Assembly (NCBI GenBank): GCA_016871175.1
Contig: VFZL01000015.1
Location: 37,936-101,935, forward strand
Length of the DNA: 64,000 bases
DNA from: Acidimicrobiia bacterium
Lineage (GTDB): Bacteria > Acidobacteriota > Vicinamibacteria > Vicinamibacterales > CAVVIG01
Direction of reading: 5' to 3'
Shown here: positions 1 through 10,605 of the stretch, piece after piece
Layout: every line of letters begins with the position of its first letter
Position numbering within the stretch: the first letter of the stretch is position 1
The notes under the pieces: generated by a model
The model's database searches: none
Told to the model about the DNA's origin: nothing
Seen by the model: only the letters and a program-made list of their open reading frames with translations
Position numbers and translations under genes: made by a program

Positions 1-2
1 CC

Positions 3-452
3 GGCAAGTCGATCGAAGGAGGCCATCGCCACCACATGCGGGCGATCAACACCATCTGTCGCGCCGGTGGGCTCAAGCCTGCGGTCGCTCAAGGTGTGCT
101 GACGTCCGGCGTGATGCATGCGTGCATCACGCACAACGTCGACTACGTCTTGGCCGGAAGTATTCGGGACGATGGACCGCTGCCCGACACGATCATGGAT
201 CTGCGTGAGGCGCAGGATCGCTATGCCGCCGCGTTGGAGGGCGTCCGCCTCGTGCTCGCTCTGTCGACGATGCTGCACGGGATCGGCGTGGGGAACATGC
301 TGCCTTCGTGGGTGAGGATGGTCTGCGTTGACATCAACCCGGCGGTCGTCACCAAGCTGGCCGACCGCGGCTCTTCGCAGACGATTGGCATCGTGACGGA
401 TGTGGGTCTATTCCTGCACCGACTGGCGCAGCAGTTGGGCGGTCCTCAGTAA
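3..452 (+). CDS. C-terminal part (5'-truncated by window) of TIGR00300 / LOR-SDH family protein (ArgZ-like ornithine cyclodeaminase domain)
   Basis: Frame open from position 3 (GKSIEGGHRHHMRAIN...); motifs LAGSIRDDGPLPD, STMLHGIGVGNMLP, CVDINPAVVTKLADRGS, GIVTDVG typical of the family. Confidence 0.85.
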   Translation, partial: GKSIEGGHRHHMRAINTICRAGGLKPAVAQGVLTSGVMHACITHNVDYVLAGSIRDDGPLPDTIMDLREAQDRYAAALEGVRLVLALSTMLHGIGVGNMLPSWVRMVCVDINPAVVTKLADRGSSQTIGIVTDVGLFLHRLAQQLGGPQ

Positions 453-542
453 GTCGACCCAAGGGTTCGTGGGTTCCACGCTGCGCCAACCGGAACGGGC
501 TTGGGCCTGTCCCGGCCAGCGCTCGATCCCACCGGCGCCCAG

Positions 543-983
543 CTACGGCTTGGCCGCCGCGAACTTGAATCCGTTCAGCACTTCGGTCTGCGTGGGAAGC
601 TCGGTCTTACCGGCCGGGTAGTTCCCCTTCTTGAGGATGGCCGCGAGGATGTCGGCGTTCTGCTGCCGGCTGAGGCTGCCCGGGTTGTTCTGCGGCATGG
701 AGATGCGCATCCGTTCGAATAGGTCACCGAGCGTCAGGTCATTCCAGTTGGCCTGGAACTCCCCGCCTGTGAGGCCGGGTGCCATCTCGCCGCCGTTCAT
801 GTCGGGACCGTGGCAACTCGAGCACTTCTCCGCGTACAACGGATCTCCGCGCTTCGCCTGGTCTTCGGTATAGACGCCGTCCCACTGCGTCTTCTGCTGG
901 GCCTGTGCTGGCGTCCCGCTCAGGCCGATCGCACCGATCGCCGTCACCCCACAGAGCGTCACGATTGCGATGTTGAGTTTCAT
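543..983 (-). CDS. Secreted monoheme cytochrome c
   Basis: Signal peptide MKLNIAIV..AQA, CSSCH heme motif, distal SMPQ Met; GAGGAG RBS upstream of ATG at 983. Confidence 0.85.
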   Translation of the reverse strand: MKLNIAIVTLCGVTAIGAIGLSGTPAQAQQKTQWDGVYTEDQAKRGDPLYAEKCSSCHGPDMNGGEMAPGLTGGEFQANWNDLTLGDLFERMRISMPQNNPGSLSRQQNADILAAILKKGNYPAGKTELPTQTEVLNGFKFAAAKP

Positions 984-1091
984 GTGCTCCTCACCCCCGC
1001 GGGAGAACATCAGACATTCACCGACTGCCCGCTATTTTAGCAGCGAACTTACGCCATCACGCGACGTGCGGGGCCCAATCGTGTGGCATTG

Positions 1092-1118
1092 TGTGGCGAG
1101 CCACCGCAGCTCGCCACA
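1092..1118. repeat. Perfect 10-bp inverted repeat hairpin
   Basis: TGTGGCGAGC-N7-GCTCGCCACA in the divergent intergenic region. Confidence 0.7.
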
Positions 1119-1295
1119 TGTCGAAGCGCGCGAGGGGCTTCTGCCCGTCCCTGGCCACTCCGCGTGTGGGTGAATGGGGCGGGTGCCGCGACAGGGGGCC
1201 GGTTCCGGGGGCGTCAGCCCCCAAGACGTCTGTCCGGTTTGTCGGCAGCGCACGCGATAGGGGAACGACACCGCGGATGATACGCTGAGCAACTG

Positions 1296-1841
1296 ATGTC
1301 GCGCATGTTTCGCTTCGCGTCCGTGCTGTCGGCCACGCTCGTCATGCTCAGCACGGGCGCACCCGAGCTGGTCGGCGACGCGCTGTTGCCTGGAGCGTTC
1401 GCCTCGCCGTCGCAGCCGGCGCGCCCCGGCACCGACGTGCTTCGAGCCAGCGCCGAGTACGATCTCGAAAGCGACGAGGCACTGGGCGGACACACCATCG
1501 CCCGGCATGTGGGCAAGGCCGATGAGGAGCTCCGAAACCGGTTGCAGCGGGAGCCACAGATCTCCGCCGCATCGACCTACACAGATCTCGGGACCGCGCG
1601 CCGAGTGGTGGGCGCGGCGGTGGCGCAGTCGCGCGCGCGCATCCAGGCGTGGAGCAGTCGCAGCGGATCGCGACCGAATCTCGTGGTGAACTACTCCGAG
1701 CCGGGCGGGCGGTCGATCGGACGCTCGATCCGGCGAAGCGCCCGCGTCAGCTCGACGGCCAGCCCGGCACTGGTGGTGCTTCGTTGGTTGCCGAGGGAGC
1801 GCCGCTGGATCGTGCTGACCTCGTATCCGGAGTCGCGCTGA
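1296..1841 (+). CDS. RNase A-like domain toxin (CdiA-CT RNase A family) with N-terminal signal peptide
   Basis: DLESDEALGGHTIARHVGK...AASTY...IGRSI...VLTSYP pattern of the bacterial CdiA-CT RNase A domain; hydrophobic N-terminus. Confidence 0.8.
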   Translation: MSRMFRFASVLSATLVMLSTGAPELVGDALLPGAFASPSQPARPGTDVLRASAEYDLESDEALGGHTIARHVGKADEELRNRLQREPQISAASTYTDLGTARRVVGAAVAQSRARIQAWSSRSGSRPNLVVNYSEPGGRSIGRSIRRSARVSSTASPALVVLRWLPRERRWIVLTSYPESR

Positions 1842-2200
1842 TGGGAATCGTGCGGAAGATACGAGCACGCAGAGCGAAAGCGTCGTTTGAGGGTGCCGGC
1901 GGGACTGTGCCGTCGCCAGGGCGATTTCCGCACCTGAGCGCCTTTCTCGCAGGGTATCTTCACCAGGATTTCACCCTGTACCACAAGACCCCCGCGGAGG
2001 CGCTCCGCGTCTTCATGACCGACGCCAGCACAGAGGAACGTAACGCCCTGCGTCGGGACTGGCGACTGTTTCTTGACGCCAGCGACGGTCTGCAGTGGCG
2101 CGACCTGCGCGCGGCGTTCTCTCGGCTCGGCGGGGCGTGGCAGCCGGGGTCGCGTTCGGCCCTCCTCGCGCTTTTCGAGGCCCTCAAGGAGAAGAGATAG
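1841..2200 (+). CDS. CdiI-type immunity protein
   Basis: FPHLSAFLAGYLHQDF motif; ATG overlaps toxin stop (TGATG at 1839-1843). Confidence 0.75.
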   Translation: MGIVRKIRARRAKASFEGAGGTVPSPGRFPHLSAFLAGYLHQDFTLYHKTPAEALRVFMTDASTEERNALRRDWRLFLDASDGLQWRDLRAAFSRLGGAWQPGSRSALLALFEALKEKR

Positions 2201-2255
2201 GCTCGGGGTTCGCGAGTTCCAGGCGCCCTTGGGCCTGTCCGCGTGAATGCACACG

Positions 2256-3059
2256 ATGCGCATCCTGCTCGCGGGGTCGACGGGCGCGATCGGCCGTGAG
2301 ATTGCGGCCTTGCTTCAGCGAGATGGGCACACCCTCCAGTGTCCGACGCGCTCAGCAGGCGTCGATGCCCTTCAGCCCGACACGCTACGCGGCCTCTGCA
2401 AGGGCGTCGAGGTCGTCGTCTCCGCCATGGGCGGATCGGTGTCGCTGTCCGCATCCGAGCGACGCCCATACGCCTTCACCAACACGGTGGCCAACGAGAA
2501 CCTGATCGCCGAAGCCTGCCGCGCGGGCGTCCGACGCCTGGTGTACGTGGCCGCGCACAAGGGACCCGGGTACGACGAGACTGCCTACATTCGGTCGCAC
2601 GAAGCGGTCGTTGAGCGCCTGGCCTCCGCGTCCCTGGGCTACACCGTCGTTCGGCCGACCGGCGTCTTCACGGCTCTGGCCCCCCTCGCCGATTTCGCAC
2701 GGCGTGGCTTCGTCCCACTGCTCGGTGACGGCTCCGCACGCACCAATCCGATTCACGCTGCCGACGTCGCGCGCGCGGTCGTCGAGCACCTCAGGGATGG
2801 GCCACTGGACGTCTCGATCGGCGGACCCGACGTGCTCACTCGCCGCGGTATCGCCGCACTCGCTGCCACGGGTCTGCGTCCGCGGTTCGTGTCGATTCCG
2901 GCCCCCGTGGCTCGATTCCACGCACGGTTGGCGGGTCTCTTGAACCCACGTCTCGGCGAGCTGATGGCGTTCGCCGCGGCGGTGTCGGTGGTCGACTGTG
3001 TCGCACCCGCTTACGGCCACGAGCGGCTGGCGGATTACTTTCACTCGAGGCGTGTGTGA
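2256..3059 (+). CDS. NAD(P)-binding atypical SDR / NmrA-like oxidoreductase
   Basis: ILLAGSTGAIG Rossmann motif, VRPTGVF, TNPIHAADVA. Confidence 0.8.
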   Translation: MRILLAGSTGAIGREIAALLQRDGHTLQCPTRSAGVDALQPDTLRGLCKGVEVVVSAMGGSVSLSASERRPYAFTNTVANENLIAEACRAGVRRLVYVAAHKGPGYDETAYIRSHEAVVERLASASLGYTVVRPTGVFTALAPLADFARRGFVPLLGDGSARTNPIHAADVARAVVEHLRDGPLDVSIGGPDVLTRRGIAALAATGLRPRFVSIPAPVARFHARLAGLLNPRLGELMAFAAAVSVVDCVAPAYGHERLADYFHSRRV

Positions 3060-4114
3060 CCACCGCGCTCTGCGACCGACTCGGCGTGCAGCTGCCGATC
3101 ATCCAGGCGCCAATGGCCGGGTCCCAGGGGAGCGCACTCGCGATCGCGGTATCGAACGCGGGAGGTGTCGGGTCGCTCCCGTGTGCGCTGCTGGATCTCG
3201 ATGCTCTCCGTCGGGAGCTCGCAGCCATCCGCTCCGGCACCGCGAAGCCGTACAACGTCAACGTCTTCTGCCACGTGCCGCCGACCGGTGACGATGCGCG
3301 TGAACGCGCGTGGCGAGAGGCACTGGCGCCGTACTACCGCGAGTACGGCATCGACGTCAGCGCCATTCCATCAGGTCCAGGGCGACATCCGTTCAGCTTC
3401 GAAAGTGCCGAGGTGATGGAAGAGTTCAAGCCGCCGATTGTGAGCTTCCACTTCGGGTTGCCGTCCTCGGATCTGCTGCGGCGCGTGCGCCGATGGGGCG
3501 CCGTTGTGTTGTCCTCGGCCACCACGGTCGACGAGGCACGGTGGTTGGAAGCCCACGGGGTGGATGTCGTGATCGCCCAGGGGCTCGAGGCTGGCGGCCA
3601 TCGAGGGCACTTCCTGTCCGACGACCTCACCCTCCAAATGGGGACCGTTTCCCTCGTGCGTCAGATCGTTCAGGCGGTCCGCGTGCCGGTCGTCGCCGCC
3701 GGTGGTGTCGCCGATGCCTCCGGCGTCAAGGCGATGATCGTGCTCGGTGCAGCGGGCGTTCAGGTGGGGACGGCGTACTTGCTGTGCCCCGAAGCCACGA
3801 CGAGCCCGGTCCACCGCCAGGCAATTGCTGCGGCCGCCGCTCCGGGCGCAACGTCCCACACGGCCCTGACCAATCTCTTCACCGGTCGGCCGGCTCGTGG
3901 CGCAGTCAATCGCATCATGCGAGAGCAGGGGCCGATGAACCCCATCGCCCCGCCGTTCCCGTTGGCCAGTGCCGCCGTGCTTCCGCTGCGCGTAGCCGCG
4001 GAGGCGGCCGGTCGTCCCGATTTCTCGCCGCTCTGGGCCGGTCAGAACGCCAGCGCGTGTCGCGAGATTCCGGCCGCCGAGCTGACGCGTGTGCTCGCGC
4101 TCGGAGCGGCCTGA
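3056..4114 (+). CDS. Nitronate monooxygenase (2-nitropropane dioxygenase family)
   Basis: PIIQAPMAG, IAQGLEAGGHRG, VVAAGG, GVQVGTAYL, FTGRPARG motifs; GTGA overlap with upstream gene. Confidence 0.9.
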   Translation: MTTALCDRLGVQLPIIQAPMAGSQGSALAIAVSNAGGVGSLPCALLDLDALRRELAAIRSGTAKPYNVNVFCHVPPTGDDARERAWREALAPYYREYGIDVSAIPSGPGRHPFSFESAEVMEEFKPPIVSFHFGLPSSDLLRRVRRWGAVVLSSATTVDEARWLEAHGVDVVIAQGLEAGGHRGHFLSDDLTLQMGTVSLVRQIVQAVRVPVVAAGGVADASGVKAMIVLGAAGVQVGTAYLLCPEATTSPVHRQAIAAAAAPGATSHTALTNLFTGRPARGAVNRIMREQGPMNPIAPPFPLASAAVLPLRVAAEAAGRPDFSPLWAGQNASACREIPAAELTRVLALGAA

Positions 4115-4271
4115 CTCCTCTTCTGCGGCGCGACGCGATTTCGCCAGAGACCCTCGGAGGGGCCGAAGCGAGGAGTTCTGCAGCACACGTTCCCCTCAGC
4201 CCGCTACCAGGCGATGTCGAGGTTCGCCTGCGGTCCCGCGTGGCTCGGCGCTGACGGGCGGCTGACGATAG

Positions 4272-4781
4272 TTGACTATCATTGACCTCGTGTCTCTTCC
4301 CACGATTCGCCGAGCCGATGCGCAGGACGTGGCGGGCGTGACACAGTTGGTCAACCGCGCGTTCGAGGTCGAAGCGTTCTTCGCGGTGGGCGATCGGACG
4401 AGCGAAGCGCAGATCCGCGCCAAGCTCGACGTCGGCGTGTTCTTCCTGGCGGAGATCCGCGATCGGCTCGTCGGATGTGTGCACGCGGAGCATCGCGAGA
4501 ATGGCCGCGGCTACATCAGCATGCTGGCCGTGGATCCGACCCATCAGCGAGCGGGGGTTGGCCGGCAACTCATGCGCGTCGCCGAGCAGCTCTGCTCTCA
4601 GGCGCAGTGCACCGAGGTGCTCATCACCGTCGTCAACCTCCGCACGGAGCTCGCGCGGTTCTATGCCAGCCTCGGCTACATCGAGCAGGGCACCGCGCCG
4701 TACAGCGACGCGCATCGGGCCACTCAGCCGGTCCACTTCATCGTCATGCGGAAGTCGCTGGGACGGTGTTCGTCGCCTTGA
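4272..4781 (+). CDS. GNAT family N-acetyltransferase
   Basis: MLAVDPTHQRAGVGRQL acetyl-CoA motif, FYASLGY; start codon uncertain. Confidence 0.8.
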   Translation: MTIIDLVSLPTIRRADAQDVAGVTQLVNRAFEVEAFFAVGDRTSEAQIRAKLDVGVFFLAEIRDRLVGCVHAEHRENGRGYISMLAVDPTHQRAGVGRQLMRVAEQLCSQAQCTEVLITVVNLRTELARFYASLGYIEQGTAPYSDAHRATQPVHFIVMRKSLGRCSSP

Positions 4782-4826
4782 GCGCGCGCCCGCTCAATGG
4801 CTCGACCAGGCCGCGGTGACCGCAGA

Positions 4827-7224
4827 CTAGCTCACAGTCGCATCGACTGGTGCCACCGGTTGCGCGGAGAAGCGAGCCGGCAGATGGACGACGAACGACG
4901 ATCCGCGGCCGAGACCTTCGCTGAACGCTTCGACGCGTCCGCCGTGGAGCTCGGCGAAGCGCTTGACGAGCGCCAGTCCCAGTCCGAGTCCGCCTGGCGT
5001 GCGATCCAGCGATTGATTGCCCTGGCTGAATTCGTCGAACGCGCGTGCCACTAACTCCGGGGTCATGCCAATCCCCGTGTCCTTGACGTGGATGGTGGCG
5101 GTCTCGCCGTCGGCGTCGGTGGTCAGGCGCACACGCACCGTTCCCCCCGCGGGCGTGAACTTCAGCGCGTTGTGAAGTAGATTGCCAATGAGCTGCGCGA
5201 GCCTGGTGCGATCGCCGTCGGTCCACACGGACCGATCGGGCAGCACCACCTCGAGGCGAATGGCGCGGTCATCGAATGACTGCTGCAAGTCCGCGGCTGT
5301 TTCGCGGACAACCGCCGTGAGCTCCGTCGGCTCTCGGCGAATCGACAGCTTCCCGCGCGACAGCCGCGAGACATCGAGCAGGTCGTCGACCAGTCGCACG
5401 ATATGCGACAGCTGACGATCGATAATCGCGCGAGCGGTCGCGTGTGCCGCCGATCCGGGCTCGGTCACTCCCATAAGGCGGACCGCGTTCTGAATCGGAG
5501 CGAGCGGGTTGCGGAGCTCGTGCGCCAGCATCGCGAGGAACTCGTCCTTGCGGCGCGCGCTGTCGCGCAACTCCCGCTCGGCACGCTTCTGCTCGGTGAT
5601 TTCCGCGGCGACGATCCCCACACCCACGCGCTCGCCAGCCACGGTGACCGGGAAGAAACTCACATTCGAGTGGCGGGGGGTGCCGGGGGCGTCCAGCGTT
5701 GTGCCCGACACCTCCATCTCCAGGCGCGCTCGCCCTGATGTGCCCACATCGCGGATGCTGCTCACGATGCTGGAGAGGTCGGCGAATTCGGGAAAGAGCT
5801 CCTGCGGCGTGCGGCCAATGTGATCGGCGATGGACAGACCATTGAACTCCGCCAGCCGATCGTTCAGCTGCCGGAATCGCGTTTCGCGGTCGAGAAAGGC
5901 GAGCCCGACTGGCGCGCTCTGGAAGACGGCGTCCAGCAACGCATTCGCCCGTGCCAGTTCGGCCGTCGCCACTGTGTGATCGTGCACGTCGATGAGCGAG
6001 CCGACGTACCCGACGAATCGACCAGCTTCGTCGTATCGGGGCCGGCCTGCGCTGATCACCCACCGATAGCTGCCCTCCGCGCTCCGGATGCGGTAGCGGA
6101 TCTGGTAGGGGACGCGCGCGCATGGCGGCACCGGCCTATGCGGCCGCCGCTTCTCGATCGTCGGGATGCAAGGTCTGGAGCCAACCGCTCCCGAGCCCCA
6201 AGACCGCGGGCTGACCGGACAGCTCTTGCCACCCTCGGCTGAGGAATGTCCGTCGACCTTCCGTGTCGGCGGCCCACAGAATCGCGGGAGCCGTATCCGC
6301 GAAGTGCCTGATCAGCGCGTCCTGTTCGACGTCGCTCAGCCGCAGGAGCGAGGTCTCGCGTTCGCGGAGCGCTGCAGAGAAGACCACAAAGCACGTGACG
6401 CCGACACAGGCGACGAGCTACATGAAGAAGCTGGCGTCCGCGGTGGGCAGCCCCCCGAACGGTCCCAGCCCGACCATTGTTCCCCGCACGCCAAGCGCCA
6501 CGATTGCGAAGATCGCTACGAGCAGCTCCGTCGCGCCGAATCGAAACATGACCCACAGGATCCACGGCAGTACGAGAAACATCTTGCGGATCGGGTGCGG
6601 TGGAAGCCAGAAGACGGCGAGCGACAACGCAACGAGCGTCCCGAAGGCTAGCAGCAGCTCGATTCCGAGCCAACCGCGAAGGCGTGTCGCGCTTCTGCGC
6701 CACTCGTCTCGCGAGACGAGCAGGAGAGGCGCGACGACGATGATGCCCGTCATGTCGGCCACCAACCACCGTACCCATGACGTCGTCAGATCGCCGTGCT
6801 GCGTCGTCATGCCGAGTGTTCCGATCAGTGCGCCGGGGATGGCCGAGACAAGGGCGCCGACCGCTACGAGTCGGAGCATGTCGATGACGCGGTGCGGACT
6901 GGGGAGGCCCCCGGATATGCGAAGCAGGAATGCTCCCGCGAGGGCTTCACACGTGCTTGCCGCTGCGAAGCCCAGCGCTGGCAGCAGCCCACGCTGGGCC
7001 GCCAGCAGGTCGACTCCGACACTCGCCGTCAGCGCTCCGGCGACGATGCCGCCCCAGCGATCGGTGTCTGAGCGGGCGAGAAGGGCCAGGGAGATTCCGC
7101 TCGGCAGCCAGAACGCGATGAGTCCTGCGGCCGGGGACGAGACCCCGAAGCTCAGGAGCGCTCCATCGGCGAACAGCGCAGCCGACGCAAGGGCGTCTCT
7201 GAGGAGGGTGCGCAGATCAATCAT
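4827..7224 (-). pseudogene. MASE1-PAS-PAS sensor histidine kinase, interrupted
   Basis: MASE1-like TM region (FWLPSG, ADMTG), PAS (HPDDRE), HisKA LAHELRNPL, HATPase NALKFT/DTGIG/GLGLGL; in-frame TAG at 6418-6420 and 6136-6138 plus a frameshift in a CG run near 6115. Confidence 0.75.
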
Positions 7225-7228
7225 CCTC

Positions 7229-8026
7229 TCAATAGCGAGATCTTGAGAAGGCCCGCACGGTGCCGAGCGGTGCGGATGTTCTGGCGTCTGCCGCCATGAC
7301 GTCGGCCGTTTTCTCGCCGATCATGTACACGGCGCTGACGGGAAAGAAGCCTGGAAGGCGTGGGAACACCGAGGCGTCAACGACACGGAGACCGGCGACG
7401 CCGTGCACCTTGAAGTCACTCGTGAGCACGCCGCCGTCTTCCCGACGTCCGATTGCGCACGTGCATGACGCGTGGTGGCCCCAGGCGTTGCGCCGCGCGA
7501 ACTCGGCGAGCTCCTCGTTCGGGACCTGCTCACCCGGCACCTCTTCGCGGGCGAGCAGCTGCTCCTTCTTGAGGCCCTGAGCCAACGTCCTCGCCAGCCT
7601 CATTCCAACGGCAACGGCCTGGAGGTCTTCTTCGTCCGGATCGGTGCCTTCCTCGAAGTAGCGGAATCGAATCTCGGGCCGCTCGAGCGGATTCGCCGAG
7701 CGGAGCGTCACGCGACCCGCTGTGTTGTTGGTGTGCGCCTTGAGCACGATCCATGTGAGGCAGTTCCGGTGCTTCGCGATGAGCGATGAATAGCCCGGGA
7801 AGTAGCCCTCGAATCGGCCGATGACGGCGTAGAGAAACAGGTCCGGGGACATGGCGGCCGGGCTCGATCGCGCAATCACCGACAGCATCGCGCCGTTGGT
7901 CTTGTACACGCCGTCGCGCTTCTTCGCCCACTCGCCGTACTGTGGATCGTTCCGCGTGAACGTCGCGCCCTCGAGCGACTCCCACGCGTCGAAGTTCATG
8001 CGGTTAACGACCGCGACCTCGTAGCG
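7229..8026 (-). pseudogene. C-terminal fragment of GMC oxidoreductase
   Basis: WGHHASCTC, GLRVVDASVFP, VYMIGEK motifs; frame extends upstream to RYEVAVVNRM and breaks; no N-terminal FAD-binding GxGxxG. Confidence 0.75.
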
Positions 8027-8313
8027 AGGTGTTTGAAGACGTCGAGCGCCCGCAGGGCCTGGATGAATCCGAGTCCGAACGTGGCGCTACGGATGCCGCC
8101 CCCTGACAGTGTCAAGCCCACGAGCGAATCCGCGTCGGGACGGTGACGGCCCCGGGCGGGATTGATGTGGCGACGGATTTCGGCTTCTCGAACGTCCTCT
8201 GCGGACGTGGTCGACTCGACCGAATCGCCGGTGATGGTCGTGACGACCCGTCGGGCAATTCGCTGGGCTGTCCGGCGCGGTTTCGCCAGTGGCGGTTCGG
8301 TGGCAGAGGCCAT
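7996..8313 (-). pseudogene. N-terminal fragment of patatin-like phospholipase
   Basis: LVGLTLSGGGIRSATFGLGFIQAL oxyanion motif; ends before the expected catalytic Ser motif. Confidence 0.7.
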
Positions 8314-8423
8314 GTCAGGGGGAGGCGTCGCGGCGCATCGTAATCACTGTGACGCAGCGGAGTAAAGCGAATCACCCTTCGGGCCCTGTGGCCGGGTTGG
8401 CCAGGTGGGCCGCGGGTTGGGGG

Positions 8424-8458
8424 AGGTGGGTCGACCCGTCCGTCCTCCCGACCCACCT
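8424..8458. repeat. Inverted repeat within a purine/pyrimidine-skewed intergenic tract
   Basis: AGGTGGGTCG (8424-8433) and CGACCCACCT (8449-8458). Confidence 0.65.
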
Positions 8459-8500
8459 TCCTCCCGCCCCATCCGGCCTCCCCGGCCTAGAATCAAGATT

Positions 8501-10118
8501 GTGACCCAGCATCCGGCGGTGTACCACGTCGCGCGATACGGCCTCGCGCTTGCGGCGGTGGGGCTGGGGTTCAACGCGCGGTTGTGGACGTCGGAGTCGC
8601 TGGGCTCGTACTTCCCTTACCTCTTGTTCTACCCAGGGATCATGCTGGCGGCGCGCTTTGGCGGGTTCGGCCCAGGGGCCGTCGCCACGTTCCTGTCGGC
8701 GGCGCTCGCCGCCTACTACTACATGGAGCCGGCGGGAAGCTTTCTGGTCGCACGCCGGTCCGATCAGGTGTCGCTTCCACTCTTCGTCGCCTTCGGCCTG
8801 CTCATCTCGTGGTCGTCCGAATCGCTTCGTCGGGCCGAGCGGCGACAGCGCGATCTGGCCGCGCTTGCCAACGCCCAGGCGCAGGCGGAGCAGGCCACCT
8901 CGCAGCGCCTCGCGGCCACGCGCGACGAACTGCTGGTCGAGCGCAGGCGCGTCGACGATCTGGTTCGGGACGTTCCGGGCGTCGTCTGGCAAGCGTGGGG
9001 CGATCCCGCGTCGCCGGCCGGGCAGCGGCTCGACTTCGTGAGTGGCTATGCGTTCCGGCTGCTCGGCTATGAGCCTGACCAGTGGCCGCAGATCCCCAAC
9101 TTCTGGCTGTCGATCGTTCACCCCGACGATCGAGACCGCGCGATGCGCGAGGCGCACGAACTCTACAGGGCCGGCTTCGGTGGTGTCATCGAGTTCCGTT
9201 GGATGGGGCGGGACGGCCGCGAGGTGTGGGTCGAGTCGCACGTCCGGACGATTCAGGAGCGCGGCGCCTCGGTCGGCATGCGGGGGGGTCGCGCTGGACG
9301 TGACGGCACGCAAGCGACTGGAGCTCGAGCACGCCGATCTCCTCGCGCAGGCGCAGGCGTCCAATCGCGCGAAGGACGAGTTCATCGCCACCGTTTCACA
9401 CGAGCTTCGGACTCCGATCAACGCCGTGCTCGGGTGGACGCAAATGTTGCGCGCCGGCATCCTCTCGCCCGATCGCGTCGCGCGGGCGCTCGAGGCGATT
9501 GAGCGCAACGCCGCCGCTCAAAGCCGGATGATCGCGGACCTGCTGGACGTCTCGCGGATCGCTTCGGGGAAGTTCCGGATGGAGTTCGAGGACGTCGATC
9601 TCGTCTCGCTCGCGCGCCTGGCCGTCGACGTCGTCCGACCCGCAGCCGAAGCCAAGGGCCTGTCGCTCTAACTCCTCGCGTCCGCCGATGCGGTGCACTT
9701 GAAGGCGGACCCGCAGCGGCTCGAGCAAGCGATCTGGAACCTGCTCTCCAACGCGGTGAAGTTCACGCCCGCTGGCGGCCGGGTGTCCATCGAGGTCGGC
9801 GCCGAGTCGGACCACCTCACCATCACGGTGAGCGACACGGGCGAGGGCATTGCGGCCGAGACCCTGCCGCACATCTTCGAGCGGTTCCGTCAGGGAGACG
9901 CCAGGATGACGCGCGCGCACGCCGGCCTCGGCATCGGCTTGGCGCTGGTGCGACACATCGTGGAACTGCACGGGGGAACCGTGCGTGCCGCGAGCGGAGG
10001 TCGGGGATTGGGAACGACCTTCCGGGTGCGCCTCCCGCGCCAACCCGTGCACGACGCCGAGCTCCCGGCCTCGGCGGGCGGGGAGGTGCTCTGGGTGCGG
10101 TCCTATTGGGACGAGTGA
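8501..10118 (+). pseudogene. DUF4118-PAS sensor histidine kinase, interrupted
   Basis: TM region with FGGFGPG, PAS (VHPDDRD), HisKA VSHELRTP, HATPase NAVKFT/DTGEG/GLGIGL; +1 frameshift in G7 run at 9282-9288 and in-frame TAA at 9669-9671. Confidence 0.75.
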
Positions 10119-10125
10119 CCGGACA

Positions 10126-10605
10126 CTAGCTCCGCGCGCGCCGCGCGTGTGCAGCGCCGCCGATCGTGGGTGACTCGTCGCGCGCGTCTCGCTCGCGAGC
10201 GATCATCACCTCTGTCGACTTCACAATCGCGATGGCGGCATCTCCTCGTTTGAGTCGCAGCTCGTGGATGGCGTCGGCCGTGATGACGGCTGTCAGTAGC
10301 TGATCGCCAATCCGTAAACGGACCTGTCCAAGCAGACCATCGGTCCGGACTTCCTCCACGAAGCCCCGCAGACGGTTTCGTCCGCTGAGCGCGACGATGA
10401 GACCGGAGCCCGAGGCGCGCCTCGTGGCGGACGAGGGCCGCTGTGGAGTGGTGAGTCGATCGATCTCGGCCTCGGAGATCCGGTGATGGCCCCCGGCCGT
10501 TTGCGTCGTTCGGACACGACCCTGGTAGATCCATTGCTTGAGCGTCGAGTACCCCACGCCGAGACGGGCCGCTGCGGTGCGAACGGTGAGTAGTGTCATG
10601 GTCAT
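10126..10605 (-). CDS. Excisionase/MerR-like HTH + TOBE molybdate-binding regulator
   Basis: LLTVRTAAARLGVGYSTLKQWI..TAGGHHRI HTH followed by LSGRNRLRG..AVITADA..IVKSTEVMI TOBE; last gene of mod operon. Confidence 0.85.
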   Translation of the reverse strand: MTMTLLTVRTAAARLGVGYSTLKQWIYQGRVRTTQTAGGHHRISEAEIDRLTTPQRPSSATRRASGSGLIVALSGRNRLRGFVEEVRTDGLLGQVRLRIGDQLLTAVITADAIHELRLKRGDAAIAIVKSTEVMIARERDARDESPTIGGAAHARRARS

